The position numbers and the translations under genes are program-made. A stretch of 64,000 nt of DNA from Bacteroidia bacterium. GTDB taxonomy: Bacteria > Bacteroidota > Bacteroidia > M30B66. The notes under the pieces were generated by a model. It was not told where the DNA came from. It ran no database searches and saw nothing but the letters and a program-made list of their open reading frames with translations. Of the stretch, positions 18,906-27,690 are shown in pieces; the stretch's first letter is position 1, and each line of letters begins with the position of its first letter. Location: the NCBI GenBank assembly GCA_965279035.1, contig OZ257142.1:1801239-1865238 (forward strand), given 5' to 3'.

Positions 18906-21900
18906 TTATCGAATGATCAATTTACCACTGGCTTCTGATTTCTTAGAAGTCACTTTGTAGTAGTACATTCCAGCAGCATATCCATGAGCATCAAACACCG
19001 TTGCTTTTCCAGATTCTGCATTTAATTCGGCAACAATTTCTCCCAATACATTGTAAATCTGAATCCGTGAATTTCCATTATCTGGAGTATTCACAAAGAA
19101 CTGAGTGCTACCATTAAATGGATTCGGATATACACTCACCATCGTTCCATTTTGAACATTTTCTAGTCCTGCAGAACGATCAATAGTATGAACCGTTGTA
19201 TTTGTTCTCACAGGAACATTAAAATCGAAATAGATATCAGCAAAATTATTTAAGACTGTTCCATCCAACTGATTCTGAACAGGATCAATACTAAACGATA
19301 CAAAGCCAATGCTACCAATTGGATCGGAAGTGCTATCGGGTAACATGATGTTATTAAATGTCCAACGAATGACACGCGTTGCTTGATCAATTTGAACGCT
19401 ATAATTATCTGAAGCGGCAACCATGCTAAATGTTTCAATTAAGAAATCATCGCTAAGTGTATCAACCAATACTACATTCACCGCAGGAGCCATTCCCGTA
19501 TTTTGGAAACGAATAGTATACGATAAACGAGTATTTGGAAGAATACTTCCTTCTTCTCCTATACCAGCTGGTACTCCTTGTTTATCGTTTGGATCCCAAG
19601 AACCAACAACCACTTGATGTAATGTATCAATGTTGTTCGAGGGATAACTATCATTCAAAGGTGTAACTACGACTGTATTATTTACAGGCGTACCCAATAC
19701 AAGTGAAGTAGGAGCAGGGGTGTTTTGATAGATATAAGTACATTGTCCAGGAGCAAGGTTAGTAAACGTCCAACTAGCTGTATTTCCAGCTGCATTAAAC
19801 GTTGTTGGTGCTGGACTAAATACACCCGCACTGCTGATTGCTAATTGTGGATCCCAATAGTAATTAAACGTTCCCGATTGTGCTGTTACTCCATTGTTGC
19901 AATAACTTAAATACGTCATAACCGGAAAACCTGGAGTGACAGTAGATATATGCGTAATAGAGGCCGATAGATCTTGTAAATTAGGATCAGCCCACAATCC
20001 GAAGTTATAACCACTGTATGTTTGACCAATGGTGTTTGCAATAACATTGTATGTATAAGGTGAAGCTGGAACTGAATACGAATATCCATTTCCAGGATAC
20101 ATGAGGCTGATCATATACGTTCCGGGGATGATGTTCAACATATAATGTCCATTGTAATCAGTATAGGTCCAGTAATTACCAATTTGAATGGCTTTGTAAG
20201 GTGCACCGGTTTCTCCTGTATCTTGAACTCCATTGTTATTGGCATCGTAAAATACATTTCCACTAATAACTACTGCCTGATTCTGATAACCGAAATCAAA
20301 TCCTGTTTGATCAGCAGTTCCAGTTGTACTGAAAGTATATCCACCACCTATCGAAGGAAGTGTTGGAACATATAAGTTTTGCCATATATACGATGTAATT
20401 GAATAATTTCCTGCAAATACATCAAATGAATAATGACCACTTGAATCGGTTGTCGTCCAAATACATGAAGTAGAATCTTGGATTGATCCCGTATTCAAAC
20501 ACAATTGTACATACGAATTGATAAACGGATTTTCATTCGGTTCGAATAATCCATTTCCATTTGCATCATCCCAAACATAACCTGAAACATTATCCGAATT
20601 CAATGTTCCCAAATCAATATTCACACAGGCGCTGTCCATACAAACTCCATCTGCATACACACATATTTGATGAACTCCAGCTGTGAGATAAGTTATTTCA
20701 GCTTGTCCATTTACTATTTGTTGCCATGATTGATCACTCGACAATGAATAATAAAGTTGTGGATCAAGATTGTTTACTATAACACTAACCGTATTTCCAG
20801 TTATCTGAGTTGTTAAATCAATTTGATAGGTACAAGGAACATCAACATATAAACAAGTTTGTTCGCTACAACCTAAAGAATTTACTGCCGTTAAACACAG
20901 TTGGTGATTTCCTTCTGGCATTGGGTAATTAAAACTTGCAGTTGTATTAGAAAGTGGAGCGCCATCCAAAGACCAACTGTAAGAAGTCCATGATTGGGCA
21001 CTTGTTGAGCTAATTTGCCAGCTACCATTGTTTTGATTTACTGCAGCAATAGATAAATCGGTACAAGAAATTTGAGCATTCCAGCCATTACTTACTACAG
21101 TGAAATCAGATGTAAAATGAAATGTTAATGATCCATCATTTGCTGTGGAAGTATAACTAATCGGACCCGTGATTGCTCCATTTAAGTTTGCTAAAATTTG
21201 ACTTGAAGTAGATTGCCCATTATGAATAGCTAAATAATCATAATTGGTTTCTAAATCATACGAATTAAATGTAACGCGCAATTTTGAGCCAGGTGTTGAA
21301 GGATAAAGTGTCAACGTATAGTTTTCATTATTCAAATACGCCGCAGATAAATTACCGGAATCAAAAAATTGAGCATTGCAAGTAGTTTGATTTCCAGTAT
21401 GCATCAGTAATTGTGGGCCTCCTGTTTGTGTGCATCCTACATATACAACACCCGTTACCACTTGGTTACATCCACAATTATCGCTTACAGTTAATATAAC
21501 TGAATAGCTTCCAGGTTGAGTATAAGTAGCCGTAAAGGATGGTCCAGCTCCTGTTTGATTTTGGGTTTGCCATAAATACGTGTAAATTCCACATCCACCA
21601 TTTATTAGTGGGGTAAACGTTGCAGTAAGTCCATTGGTTGTGGATATAATTTGAGGGAAGAAATTAACACATGGATTAATGGTAATCTGTTGGCAATATT
21701 GTCCCGAACAACCATTTACATCAGTCACAGTTAAACAAGCTGTATATGTACCTGGGAAAGGATAATTATATATTGATCCTCCGGTATCGGCTGTAACAAC
21801 AGTACCATCTCCATAATTCCAAGTATAGGTATAGGGTGCTTGTCCACCAGAAACACTTGGGTAGAATTCAAAAACATTACCACCAAAGCCATACGATTGA

Positions 21901-22763
21901 AAGGAAACAGGAAGGGATAAACACGAAGTAGTAACAACGGGTTGACAAAGTGTATCGGTGCAACCATTGGCATCAGTTGCAGTTAAACATAAAAGGTATG
22001 TTTGATTCACGTTGTTATAGTGGTGAGTTGCAGTAAATGCAGATGTTAAAATTGCATCTTGGATTGCTCCATCGCCATAATCAATATGCAAAAGAACCGG
22101 CAAAGCAGATGTATTACTAAATACGACTAATGCTAAATCTTGTTGATTAATTTGTGGTTGAGCAGTAATGAAATTGTTTGCACATGGACCATTCGTTATG
22201 TTAAATGAATTACAAGTAGTATCAGTGCAACCGTTAGCGTCAGTTACAGTAAGGCAAACCGAATAATATCCAGTAGGAAATGTTTGTTCAACCATTGGTG
22301 CAGTAGAAATGAAGCCGTTACTGAAAACCCATTCGTATGTAATGGGTAATACAGCATTGCTTACTTCAACACTATCTAATATGACTAAGCCATTCGGAAG
22401 TGCTGTGGTTAAATAAGTTGTATTGATGTTACAGTTAACACCGCTATTCACTTGGATGGTATAAATTCCATAGGCACACCAACTCGTTTGAAGAGAATCG
22501 TAAATTGTTAGTTCAACAATATAAACTCCATTGTTCGGATAAAAGTGAGTAGGGAATTGGCCGTAACTTGAAGAACCATCGCCAAAATTCCATACATAAA
22601 TTGAATTACCAGAAGGAGCTTGGATTGTAGTTCCTACACTAATCGTATTGCCGTTTTGTTGGAGCAAATCGATAGGGGCGGAGGTCTGACATTGAGAAAA
22701 CGCAGGAGCTGCGAAAGCCATCAGAGCAAGAATGACCGAAAATACGTAGCGATTGAATTGCAT
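18906..22763 (-). CDS. T9SS-secreted cell-surface protein with PKD-like and SdrD-B/Cna-B-like domains (1285 aa)
   Basis: Signal peptide. Repeated CLTVTDANGCTD PKD-type motifs. GYVWDDANGNGLFEPNE SdrD-B-like module. C-terminal Por secretion tail (VYPNPFNGSTQFF...GMYYYKVTSKK...KLII). Confidence 0.8.
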   Translation of the reverse strand: MQFNRYVFSVILALMAFAAPAFSQCQTSAPIDLLQQNGNTISVGTTIQAPSGNSIYVWNFGDGSSSYGQFPTHFYPNNGVYIVELTIYDSLQTSWCAYGIYTIQVNSGVNCNINTTYLTTALPNGLVILDSVEVSNAVLPITYEWVFSNGFISTAPMVEQTFPTGYYSVCLTVTDANGCTDTTCNSFNITNGPCANNFITAQPQINQQDLALVVFSNTSALPVLLHIDYGDGAIQDAILTSAFTATHHYNNVNQTYLLCLTATDANGCTDTLCQPVVTTSCLSLPVSFQSYGFGGNVFEFYPSVSGGQAPYTYTWNYGDGTVVTADTGGSIYNYPFPGTYTACLTVTDVNGCSGQYCQQITINPCVNFFPQIISTTNGLTATFTPLINGGCGIYTYLWQTQNQTGAGPSFTATYTQPGSYSVILTVSDNCGCNQVVTGVVYVGCTQTGGPQLLMHTGNQTTCNAQFFDSGNLSAAYLNNENYTLTLYPSTPGSKLRVTFNSYDLETNYDYLAIHNGQSTSSQILANLNGAITGPISYTSTANDGSLTFHFTSDFTVVSNGWNAQISCTDLSIAAVNQNNGSWQISSTSAQSWTSYSWSLDGAPLSNTTASFNYPMPEGNHQLCLTAVNSLGCSEQTCLYVDVPCTYQIDLTTQITGNTVSVIVNNLDPQLYYSLSSDQSWQQIVNGQAEITYLTAGVHQICVYADGVCMDSACVNIDLGTLNSDNVSGYVWDDANGNGLFEPNENPFINSYVQLCLNTGSIQDSTSCIWTTTDSSGHYSFDVFAGNYSITSYIWQNLYVPTLPSIGGGYTFSTTGTADQTGFDFGYQNQAVVISGNVFYDANNNGVQDTGETGAPYKAIQIGNYWTYTDYNGHYMLNIIPGTYMISLMYPGNGYSYSVPASPYTYNVIANTIGQTYSGYNFGLWADPNLQDLSASITHISTVTPGFPVMTYLSYCNNGVTAQSGTFNYYWDPQLAISSAGVFSPAPTTFNAAGNTASWTFTNLAPGQCTYIYQNTPAPTSLVLGTPVNNTVVVTPLNDSYPSNNIDTLHQVVVGSWDPNDKQGVPAGIGEEGSILPNTRLSYTIRFQNTGMAPAVNVVLVDTLSDDFLIETFSMVAASDNYSVQIDQATRVIRWTFNNIMLPDSTSDPIGSIGFVSFSIDPVQNQLDGTVLNNFADIYFDFNVPVRTNTTVHTIDRSAGLENVQNGTMVSVYPNPFNGSTQFFVNTPDNGNSRIQIYNVLGEIVAELNAESGKATVFDAHGYAAGMYYYKVTSKKSEASGKLIIR

Positions 22764-23121
22764 AATGCATGTTTAAATGTTGATTGAAAGGTAAAGAACT
22801 TTTCTAACGACCATGTTTTTTTATGGGCTATTTTTCAATAATTCTTACGTGGTTAAATTTTAGTTTCACGATTTTTCGATTGATATAGCTCATTTTAGAA
22901 GGTATTTTTATTACGAATGAGCTTGCGGTTCATAGTATTTATTTGAATAAGCGGGAGCTGTTTAAATAGATCTTAAAGCACCTTGTCTTAATAGTAATAT
23001 AAATTGAATTTGTGTGACGTATTTAAATTTCAATTACTTTTGAAAAATAACTTTATTGAATTTAGAGATGAATTAATTTTTTAATCCATGAATTTTAAAA
23101 TCATTTCATTATGACATTAGG

Positions 23122-24240
23122 ATGGGACAAATAATAGATTTCTTCCTCAATTTATTTGGAGCTGAGAGTTGGCCAGCTCGATGGTCATGTGGTAATTGGA
23201 CAGGTTTTCATGGATGGTTATATATCATTTCAAGTTTTTTAATTGCATCAGCCTATTTGCTTATTCCGTTCATTTTATACAAATACATCAAACTGAAAGC
23301 AGGTATTCCATTTCTGCGAGTTATTTGGTTATTTATATTTTTTATTCTTTCATGCAGTGCTACTCATCTGTTCGATGGAATTATTTTTTGGATTCCCGTC
23401 TATCGTATAAATGCTCTCATTCTTTTTATAACAGCACTTTTTTCTTGGGCAACTGTTTTTGCACTAATAAGAGCTTTGCCTCAGGTTATTCTTCTAAAAA
23501 CACCTAGACAATCGGAAGCGATTATTGAAGAGAGAACGTTTGAACTCAATAAATCAAATCAATTGTTGCTCAAAAAAAACCAAGAATTGGATAATTATGT
23601 TTATGCAGCTTCGCACGATTTAAAATCACCTATAAATAATTTGGAAGGATTAGTTGGAATTTTATTGGATGATATTGAAGAAGGAAAAATACCTGACAAA
23701 CGAATTGTTGAAAAAATACAACATTCCGTATTTCGTGTTCAGAATACAATTATGAATTTAACAGAGGTAATACGCTTAGAAAAGAACCCATATGATGATT
23801 TGGTAGAAATTTCTTTTCAGGATATTCTCGATGAAATTCTTTTAGAAAACGAAGAACTTATTCAAAGATTCCAAACGATTATACATGTAAACTTTGAAGA
23901 AATTGAATTTGTTTATTCGAGAAATGGATTTAAAAGTATTTTGTATAATTTAATTTCAAACGCAATTAAATACTCATCACCTGAACGTCGCTCAGAAGTT
24001 TGGATACGAACATATAGCGAACAGTCAAAATTGGTGCTCGAGGTTGAAGATAATGGTCTTGGGATCGACTTGAATCGACATCAAAATAAACTATTCAAAA
24101 TGTTTAAGCGTTTGCACGATCATATAGAAGGAACTGGTATTGGTTTATATAGTATAAAGCAACTGGTTGAACGTAAAGGTGGTAGCATTGAAATAGAGAG
24201 CACCATAAACGTAGGTTCTACTTTTCGGGTTCGATATTAA
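23122..24240 (+). CDS. Sensor histidine kinase with N-terminal ethylene-binding-domain (ETR1-like) membrane module
   Basis: Residues ~30-140 align to the Arabidopsis ETR1 transmembrane ethylene-binding domain: ours YIISSFLIASAYLLIPFILYKYIK...FFILSCSATHLFDG...ITALFSWATVFALIRALP versus ETR1 [24 protein letters not shown]...FIVLCGATHLINL...TAKVLTAVVSCATALMLVHIIP. The Cu(I)-ligand Cys and His of helix 2 are conserved (CSATH vs CGATH). It then continues directly into HisKA (SHDLKSP) and HATPase_c (N-box LISNAIKYS, DNGLGID, GTGIGL). Confidence 0.8.
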   Translation: MGQIIDFFLNLFGAESWPARWSCGNWTGFHGWLYIISSFLIASAYLLIPFILYKYIKLKAGIPFLRVIWLFIFFILSCSATHLFDGIIFWIPVYRINALILFITALFSWATVFALIRALPQVILLKTPRQSEAIIEERTFELNKSNQLLLKKNQELDNYVYAASHDLKSPINNLEGLVGILLDDIEEGKIPDKRIVEKIQHSVFRVQNTIMNLTEVIRLEKNPYDDLVEISFQDILDEILLENEELIQRFQTIIHVNFEEIEFVYSRNGFKSILYNLISNAIKYSSPERRSEVWIRTYSEQSKLVLEVEDNGLGIDLNRHQNKLFKMFKRLHDHIEGTGIGLYSIKQLVERKGGSIEIESTINVGSTFRVRY

Positions 24241-24304
24241 AATTGATTATTCCAATTTTTTCAGAGGTTTTTTTGATTTACTTGCATACACCCAATCCTA
24301 AATC

Positions 24305-24718
24305 ATGAACTCACCTTATTCTTGTGTTCTCATTGTTGATGACGATGAAACCAGTATTTTCCTAAGCGAAATCATTCTTGAACGAAATCGATTTGCAAGT
24401 GAAATCCATTCTTCAGCTAATGGTGAACAAGCTATTCAATTTCTATTGGATCATTGCTCAGAGATCGCTTCAAGTATCACAGGTTGCCCTGAAGTTATTT
24501 TGCTCGATATTAATATGCCAGTAATGGATGGCTTCGAATTCCTTGAAGTATTTACTACGAATGCAGCTATTTCAAATTCATCGAAAGTTGTTATTTTGAC
24601 CTCATCTAATAATCCTCGGGATATTGAAATGGCTCACAAATTTGGAATTAATACATTTATAAATAAGCCTCTAACTGATGATAAAATCCTTCAAATACGC
24701 GATATGCTTCAAAATTAA
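24305..24718 (+). CDS. Single-domain response regulator (REC only, CheY-like)
   Basis: VLIVDDDE...ILLDINMPVMDG...KVVILTSS...K receiver-domain motifs with no output domain. 137 aa. Confidence 0.85.
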   Translation: MNSPYSCVLIVDDDETSIFLSEIILERNRFASEIHSSANGEQAIQFLLDHCSEIASSITGCPEVILLDINMPVMDGFEFLEVFTTNAAISNSSKVVILTSSNNPRDIEMAHKFGINTFINKPLTDDKILQIRDMLQN

Positions 24719-24761
24719 AATTTGATTATTTAGAATAAATCATTTTACTACCTTCACCAAC

Positions 24762-25043
24762 ATGAAAAGAATTCTGCCACTTATTATTCTCATTGCAGGT
24801 TTTAGTTCTTGCAAGAAATGCTACGATTGTACTAAAAAATGTGGGTCTTGCCACAATGGAGCTATTACAGTTGCCGGTTGTACTGGTGATGATAACTTGA
24901 ATGGAGCTTCAGTAGATTCTTGGAAAATTTACCTTGAAACTCAAGGATACACTTGTGCCTATGACAATGTTACTGAAGAAGCATGTGGCAAGGATGACAA
25001 AACAAATAAAGAAAAGTCCTATTACGAATGCGTTGCTCAATAA
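24762..25043 (+). CDS. Small Cys-rich lipoprotein, paralog 1 (9 Cys)
   Basis: Signal peptide ending FSSC, then CKKCYDCTKKCGSCHNG...GYTCAYD...ACGKDDKTNKEKSYYEC. It shares its cysteine scaffold with the next ORF. Confidence 0.5.
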   Translation: MKRILPLIILIAGFSSCKKCYDCTKKCGSCHNGAITVAGCTGDDNLNGASVDSWKIYLETQGYTCAYDNVTEEACGKDDKTNKEKSYYECVAQ

Positions 25044-25079
25044 TGAAACCGAGCATCGTTAACGAAAAAATTAACTAGT

Positions 25080-25370
25080 TTGATTTACTTCAGAAGCCTC
25101 ATAGGAATTCTCCTTTTGTTATGTTCAATAAGTTCATGCAAGAAGTGTTTTAATTGCTCAGATCATTGCGTTCGATGTTTAAAAACGCCCTATAAATACG
25201 AAGCCTGTGGCGGAGAAGATTTTTTAAATAAAATGTCTGTTTCCGAATGGAAGGAGTATAAAATGAGCATAGGATATACCTGCATTGATATATATAAGAA
25301 TGATGAAGTGTGTGGTGTAGATGCGAAAAATGAGAAGGAAACACAGTATTATCTCTGTGAACCGAAATAA
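25080..25370 (+). CDS. Small Cys-rich lipoprotein, paralog 2 (9 Cys)
   Basis: Signal peptide ending ISSC, then CKKCFNCSDHCVRC...ACGGEDF...GYTCIDI...VCGVDAKNEKETQYYLC. The Cys spacing matches paralog 1. Confidence 0.5.
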   Translation: MIYFRSLIGILLLLCSISSCKKCFNCSDHCVRCLKTPYKYEACGGEDFLNKMSVSEWKEYKMSIGYTCIDIYKNDEVCGVDAKNEKETQYYLCEPK

Positions 25371-25645
25371 AATTTTCTTTTGATGTAATACTTTTCAGGA
25401 GCTGAATACTAATAAATAAAGTAAGCGATGAAAAGGCATAAAATCCTAAGTGGGGTTCTTGCATTTAGTTTTCCATGTTTATTAAATGCAACAGTTGTAT
25501 TGCCATTAAATAAAGGCATGGATTCTCATCCCCTGAAAAAGTGTTCGACTAAATCATTATACGTTAAACAACAGGACTCTCCTATTGGAGTTGATAGTTT
25601 AAAGAAATATGAGATAATTGTGAATCACAAATAAAGAGCAGTAGT

Positions 25646-26131
25646 TTGGATTCTAAGCTTCAGGAAGAATTTTTAAACCTCATTAATCAACATCGAGGAA
25701 TACTACATAAAGTGGTAAATCTCTATATTGATGATAGTATTGAAAGAGAAGATTTAATTCAAGAAATTCTTTTTCAAGCATATCGAGGATTTGATCGATT
25801 TCGTGGAGAGTCTTTATTTTCAACCTGGCTTTATCGCGTTAGTCTCAATACTGTATTTTCATATCGCAAGAAAAATCAACGAAGAATGGAAGCGGAATCG
25901 AATGCAATCCCAGAAGTCGTAGTTGATTTACCTTCGGATGCTTCGGAAGAACTTTATTATCATATTCGTCAACTCGACCCAATAAAACGAATGATCATTT
26001 CTTTGCATCTCGATGGATTTGGAAACAATGATATTGCTTCAATTACTGGTATGAATGCAAATGCCATCGGGGTGAAATTATTTCGTATTCGTGAGGAATT
26101 AACACAAAAATTAAATGCCCGTCATGACTGA
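25646..26131 (+). CDS. ECF-subfamily RNA polymerase sigma-70 factor
   Basis: Region 2 (LIQEILFQAYRGFDRFRGESLFSTWLYRVSLN) and region 4 HTH (DIASITGMNANAIGVKLFRIREEL). Confidence 0.85.
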   Translation: MDSKLQEEFLNLINQHRGILHKVVNLYIDDSIEREDLIQEILFQAYRGFDRFRGESLFSTWLYRVSLNTVFSYRKKNQRRMEAESNAIPEVVVDLPSDASEELYYHIRQLDPIKRMIISLHLDGFGNNDIASITGMNANAIGVKLFRIREELTQKLNARHD

Positions 26132-26735
26132 TCTTCAAGAACTTTGGGATAAGAGAAATAATAAAGAAATCAGCTCGCCCGTTTTGGAAGAGAAAGATAT
26201 TGCTCAACTAAAAGAAAGCATTAAATCTCCTATTCAAATCTTAAAAAGAAATTTCATCATTAATACAGCCTTTGCTCTTTTAATTCTCCTGGGATTTATT
26301 TATTTATTCTTTACTGTTGATTGGTTCTTGTTTCGACTATTTACTGCAATCCTTTGTATTTCTTATGTAGCTGCGATTGTTTTTAATGTGATTATCTATA
26401 AACGGTATCTTCAGGTACAATCTCCTGATCAACCAATAATTACTTATTTAACATTCCTTGTTGAAGGAATGAGAAAATCGTTTAAAGCAGCCGAAATAAT
26501 TGCTTTAGCTATTTATCCAATTGCTATGACCGCTGGTTTTTTATTACCATTAAGTTTAGAAAACAAATTATCACTTCTATACAACGAACCAATTGTCCAG
26601 GGAATTTTAATAGCTTGTTATGTACTATTAACTCCACTATGCTGGTATTTAGCTAGATGGATGAATAAAGTTGCTTTCGGAAATTATGTTGATCAATTGG
26701 ATGAATTGCTATTCGATTTAAAGAAAATTGATTGA
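26115..26735 (+). CDS. Putative membrane anti-sigma factor
   Basis: Its start overlaps the sigma-factor stop by 17 bp. A cytoplasmic N-terminal segment is followed by 4-5 TM helices. No recognisable catalytic domain. Confidence 0.4.
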   Translation: MPVMTDLQELWDKRNNKEISSPVLEEKDIAQLKESIKSPIQILKRNFIINTAFALLILLGFIYLFFTVDWFLFRLFTAILCISYVAAIVFNVIIYKRYLQVQSPDQPIITYLTFLVEGMRKSFKAAEIIALAIYPIAMTAGFLLPLSLENKLSLLYNEPIVQGILIACYVLLTPLCWYLARWMNKVAFGNYVDQLDELLFDLKKID

Positions 26736-26737
26736 AC

Positions 26738-27211
26738 TCAGTTGAATTTTCTAATTGGACGTTTTTGTTCTACATTAAAAAGTCCTACAAATACCGAATA
26801 ACCCATTAAAGCACCAAACCCAATTTGCTTCATTACTCCAAGCAAATCCGTTGTTTGCCATTCTTGTAGCACTTTACCATCCTTCACTTTGCGCATAAAA
26901 ATTCCATGAATTTCGAGCTTCTTTTTATTTGCTGGAGCGCCCATAAATTTACCAGTATTTATTGCTGTCGAAATAAATCGTATCGAAGCCATATCACCAT
27001 CCACAACAATGGATGGAAAGACCATTTTTAAATCCGAAAATGCCGCTTTCATATCTTGCATAAATCCAATATACTCATCTTTGGTAAATACAAAACCATC
27101 GCCTGTATAAGTGAATTTATCATCTAACAAAGCATCTAAATCATTCCAGCGTGCTTCTAAAATTGCTAGCGACACAGCTAATGCTGTTTTTTTAACTTCT
27201 TCCTTTTCCAT
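26738..27211 (-). CDS. SnoaL-like/NTF2-fold (ester-cyclase-like) protein with C-terminal hydrophobic tail
   Basis: ~150 aa alpha+beta fold pattern (RWNDLDALLDDKFTYTGDGFVF...GDMASIRF...GKFMG). Likely start MEKEE at 27211. It is divergent from an HxlR regulator gene. Confidence 0.4.
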   Translation of the reverse strand: MEKEEVKKTALAVSLAILEARWNDLDALLDDKFTYTGDGFVFTKDEYIGFMQDMKAAFSDLKMVFPSIVVDGDMASIRFISTAINTGKFMGAPANKKKLEIHGIFMRKVKDGKVLQEWQTTDLLGVMKQIGFGALMGYSVFVGLFNVEQKRPIRKFN

Positions 27212-27319
27212 GATTTTTTTTCTGTAAAGCAACACCGCTTCTTTGCACAGCACAATACACTACCCAAAAAGAAAGTACTATCTGTTGGGGTAGTATAAGC
27301 GATAAAGTACATTTGATCC

Positions 27320-27658
27320 ATGGAATCAAAAATTAAACGCTACAATCTCGACGGGACCTTCTTTTATTGTCCAGTTGATCTCACTTTATCTGTCATTGGC
27401 GGTCGTTGGAAAGGACTCGTTTTCTGGAACCTACGTGATGGTACTCGACGATATGGAGAATTGAAAAAAATACTAGTCGGTATCAATGATAAGATGCTCT
27501 CACAAGTACTTAAAGAATTGGAAAAATCAGGAGTTGTAAACCGCAAAGTATTTGACGTAATGCCACCAAAAGTCGAATATTCCCTATCAGAAGAAGGAAA
27601 GAAATTGCTCCCCGTTATGAAATTAATGTCAGAATGGGGAGGGAAATTCGAGATTTAA
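27320..27658 (+). CDS. HxlR-family winged-helix transcriptional regulator
   Basis: CPVDLTLSVIGGRWKGLVFWNL...RYGEL...PPKVEYSLSEEGKKLLPVMKLMSEWG conserved HxlR pattern. Confidence 0.85.
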   Translation: MESKIKRYNLDGTFFYCPVDLTLSVIGGRWKGLVFWNLRDGTRRYGELKKILVGINDKMLSQVLKELEKSGVVNRKVFDVMPPKVEYSLSEEGKKLLPVMKLMSEWGGKFEI

Positions 27659-27690
27659 TTCGAATGCTGATTCAATTACTCAATCCAAAT

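Noticed and set aside
25428-25634. 68-aa ORF with hydrophobic N-terminus between the Cys-rich genes and the ECF sigma gene
   Set aside because: It could be a genuine small membrane peptide, but it has no conservation cues and overlaps the likely sigma-factor promoter, so it is left unannotated.
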